A stretch of 64,000 nucleotides of DNA, from assembly GCA_963710605.1 (NCBI GenBank), contig CAVQBA010000005.1, positions 96,001-160,000 on the forward strand. The letters are read 5' to 3'. Below the pieces are notes generated by a model. It saw nothing but the letters and a program-made list of their open reading frames with translations. It did no database searches and was not told where the DNA came from. The position numbers were made by a program, and so were the translations under genes. The stretch is from an uncultured cyanobacterium. Its GTDB lineage: Bacteria > Cyanobacteriota > Cyanobacteriia > Cyanobacteriales > Cyanobacteriaceae. Positions 62,635-64,000 of this stretch are shown piece by piece (position 1 is the stretch's first letter; every line of letters starts with the position of its first letter).

Positions 62635-64000
62635 TTATTTGTTAGATGGCGATATCACCTCTTCGTAGGAACCGACTCGAACAATCTCACCCCGATCGAA
62701 TTTAATGACTCGATCGCAATTTTCTAAAGTACTCAAACGATGAGCTATCAAAATAATTGTGAACTGATTACTAAGATTATTGATAGCTGCCATAACCTCT
62801 TTTTCCGTGTCATTATCCAAAGCACTAGTTGCTTCATCAAAAACAATTACTGATGCTTCTTTATACAATGCTCTAGCAATACCAAGACGTTGACGTTGAC
62901 CTCCTGATAATCTCATCCCGCCCTCACCTACAGAAGTATTGTATTTTAAGGGTAAAGTTTCAATAAATTCATCAATTTGAGCCAATTGTGCTGCTTTACG
63001 AACACGAGAGAAATTAATCTGTTCGGGGTGTATTCCAAACGCAATATTTTCTAGAATAGAAGCATCGCGCAAAAAAATCTGTTGGGATACGTGGGCGATA
63101 TTCTTCTGCCATTGACGTAAGCTTTTTCCTTCAATAGTTAAGCCATCAACACAAATATACCCTTGATTAGGTTTTAAAAGCCCTAAAATCAAATCTGCTG
63201 TAGTACTTTTTCCACTACCAGTACCACCAATAAATCCGACAGTAGTTTTTGCTTTAATTGTAAAACTCAAATTTTTAAGTATCCAATCGCCATCATCACT
63301 ATAACGAAACCAAACTTTTTCAAATTGTAGATTTGTGTCAAATTTCAATCCTTCTTCAGGAATCCATGTCACTAGAGGATTAACAGGACGTTGTAACTCA
63401 ATTAAAACGTTAACTAAAGAATGTCGGCAAGATTGAATTTGATTAAAACTAGAAAAAATTCTTTGAATAGAAGGAAGTATTCGGATAGCACCTAAAGTAA
63501 CAGTTCCCATTAGTGGTAAAACTTGACCGAAATCATCAGTCTGTAACAAGAAAACCAAGGCTATGATGATTACAAAAATCATCAATAATCCTTGAATGAT
63601 AGCTAAAGGTGATTGAGTAATGATAGAATTTTGAGCTTGGGTATTACAAACAATTTTATCTATATTGCGATGATTTACAAGAAATAAATCTTGAATTTCA
63701 CCAATTAAAATCTCTTTAATTCCGCCAAAGGTTTCTTGAATTATCTGAATCATTTCTTTATTTTTCTCTACCAAGATTTTGCTATTTCGCATTAGTTGTT
63801 TTTTACGAAGGTGATATATCCCCCAGAAAATTACGCCCAAAATCATACCGATAAATAGAACAAAACCACCTTTAGCAAGATACAAACCAGTTGATAAAAT
63901 AAAAAGTAAAATTAGACTATTAAGGATCGAAAGAAGACTATTTAAAACTCCTCCTGCTATTTTTCGAGAATCTCCCATTAAAGAATTAATTAAATAACTA
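62635..64000 (-). CDS. ABC exporter (TMD+NBD, HepA/PglK-like); 5' end outside window
   Basis: GGTGSGKST, LSGGQRQR, DEATSALD, IAHRL; frame open to the window edge. Confidence 0.92.
   Translation of the reverse strand, partial: SYLINSLMGDSRKIAGGVLNSLLSILNSLILLFILSTGLYLAKGGFVLFIGMILGVIFWGIYHLRKKQLMRNSKILVEKNKEMIQIIQETFGGIKEILIGEIQDLFLVNHRNIDKIVCNTQAQNSIITQSPLAIIQGLLMIFVIIIALVFLLQTDDFGQVLPLMGTVTLGAIRILPSIQRIFSSFNQIQSCRHSLVNVLIELQRPVNPLVTWIPEEGLKFDTNLQFEKVWFRYSDDGDWILKNLSFTIKAKTTVGFIGGTGSGKSTTADLILGLLKPNQGYICVDGLTIEGKSLRQWQKNIAHVSQQIFLRDASILENIAFGIHPEQINFSRVRKAAQLAQIDEFIETLPLKYNTSVGEGGMRLSGGQRQRLGIARALYKEASVIVFDEATSALDNDTEKEVMAAINNLSNQFTIILIAHRLSTLENCDRVIKFDRGEIVRVGSYEEVISPSNK

Overview
AT-rich cyanobacterial chromosome segment with a very frequent CGATCG/HIP1-like motif; a unicellular Cyanobacterium/Geminocystis-like host is my inference. 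It carries housekeeping genes (divergent sucC-like, rbp3-like, prfC, pmgA, sir, ccmO, pyrC, ferredoxin, cbiMQ, clpS, hisC, glyQ, der), signalling genes (multi-PAS hybrid kinase, two PatA-family genes), a paired-GTPase operon with a broken third gene, a PEP-CTERM AGE-epimerase-like protein and part of a sulfated polysaccharide cluster. Top observation: a group IIB intron (28874-31216, minus strand) is inserted inside the terminal TCA|A of the right end of an intact IS605-type element (tnpA+tnpB). Its putative EBS1/EBS2 are complementary to that right end, so it sits at the scaffold/guide junction of the predicted TnpB omegaRNA, and only splicing would restore the native guide. Also present: a 166-bp MITE with 18-bp TIRs and a 10-bp TSD, several nested small repeats, and single-base lesions in clpS, hisC and glyQ that may be assembly errors. 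All calls are by eye; no searches were run.
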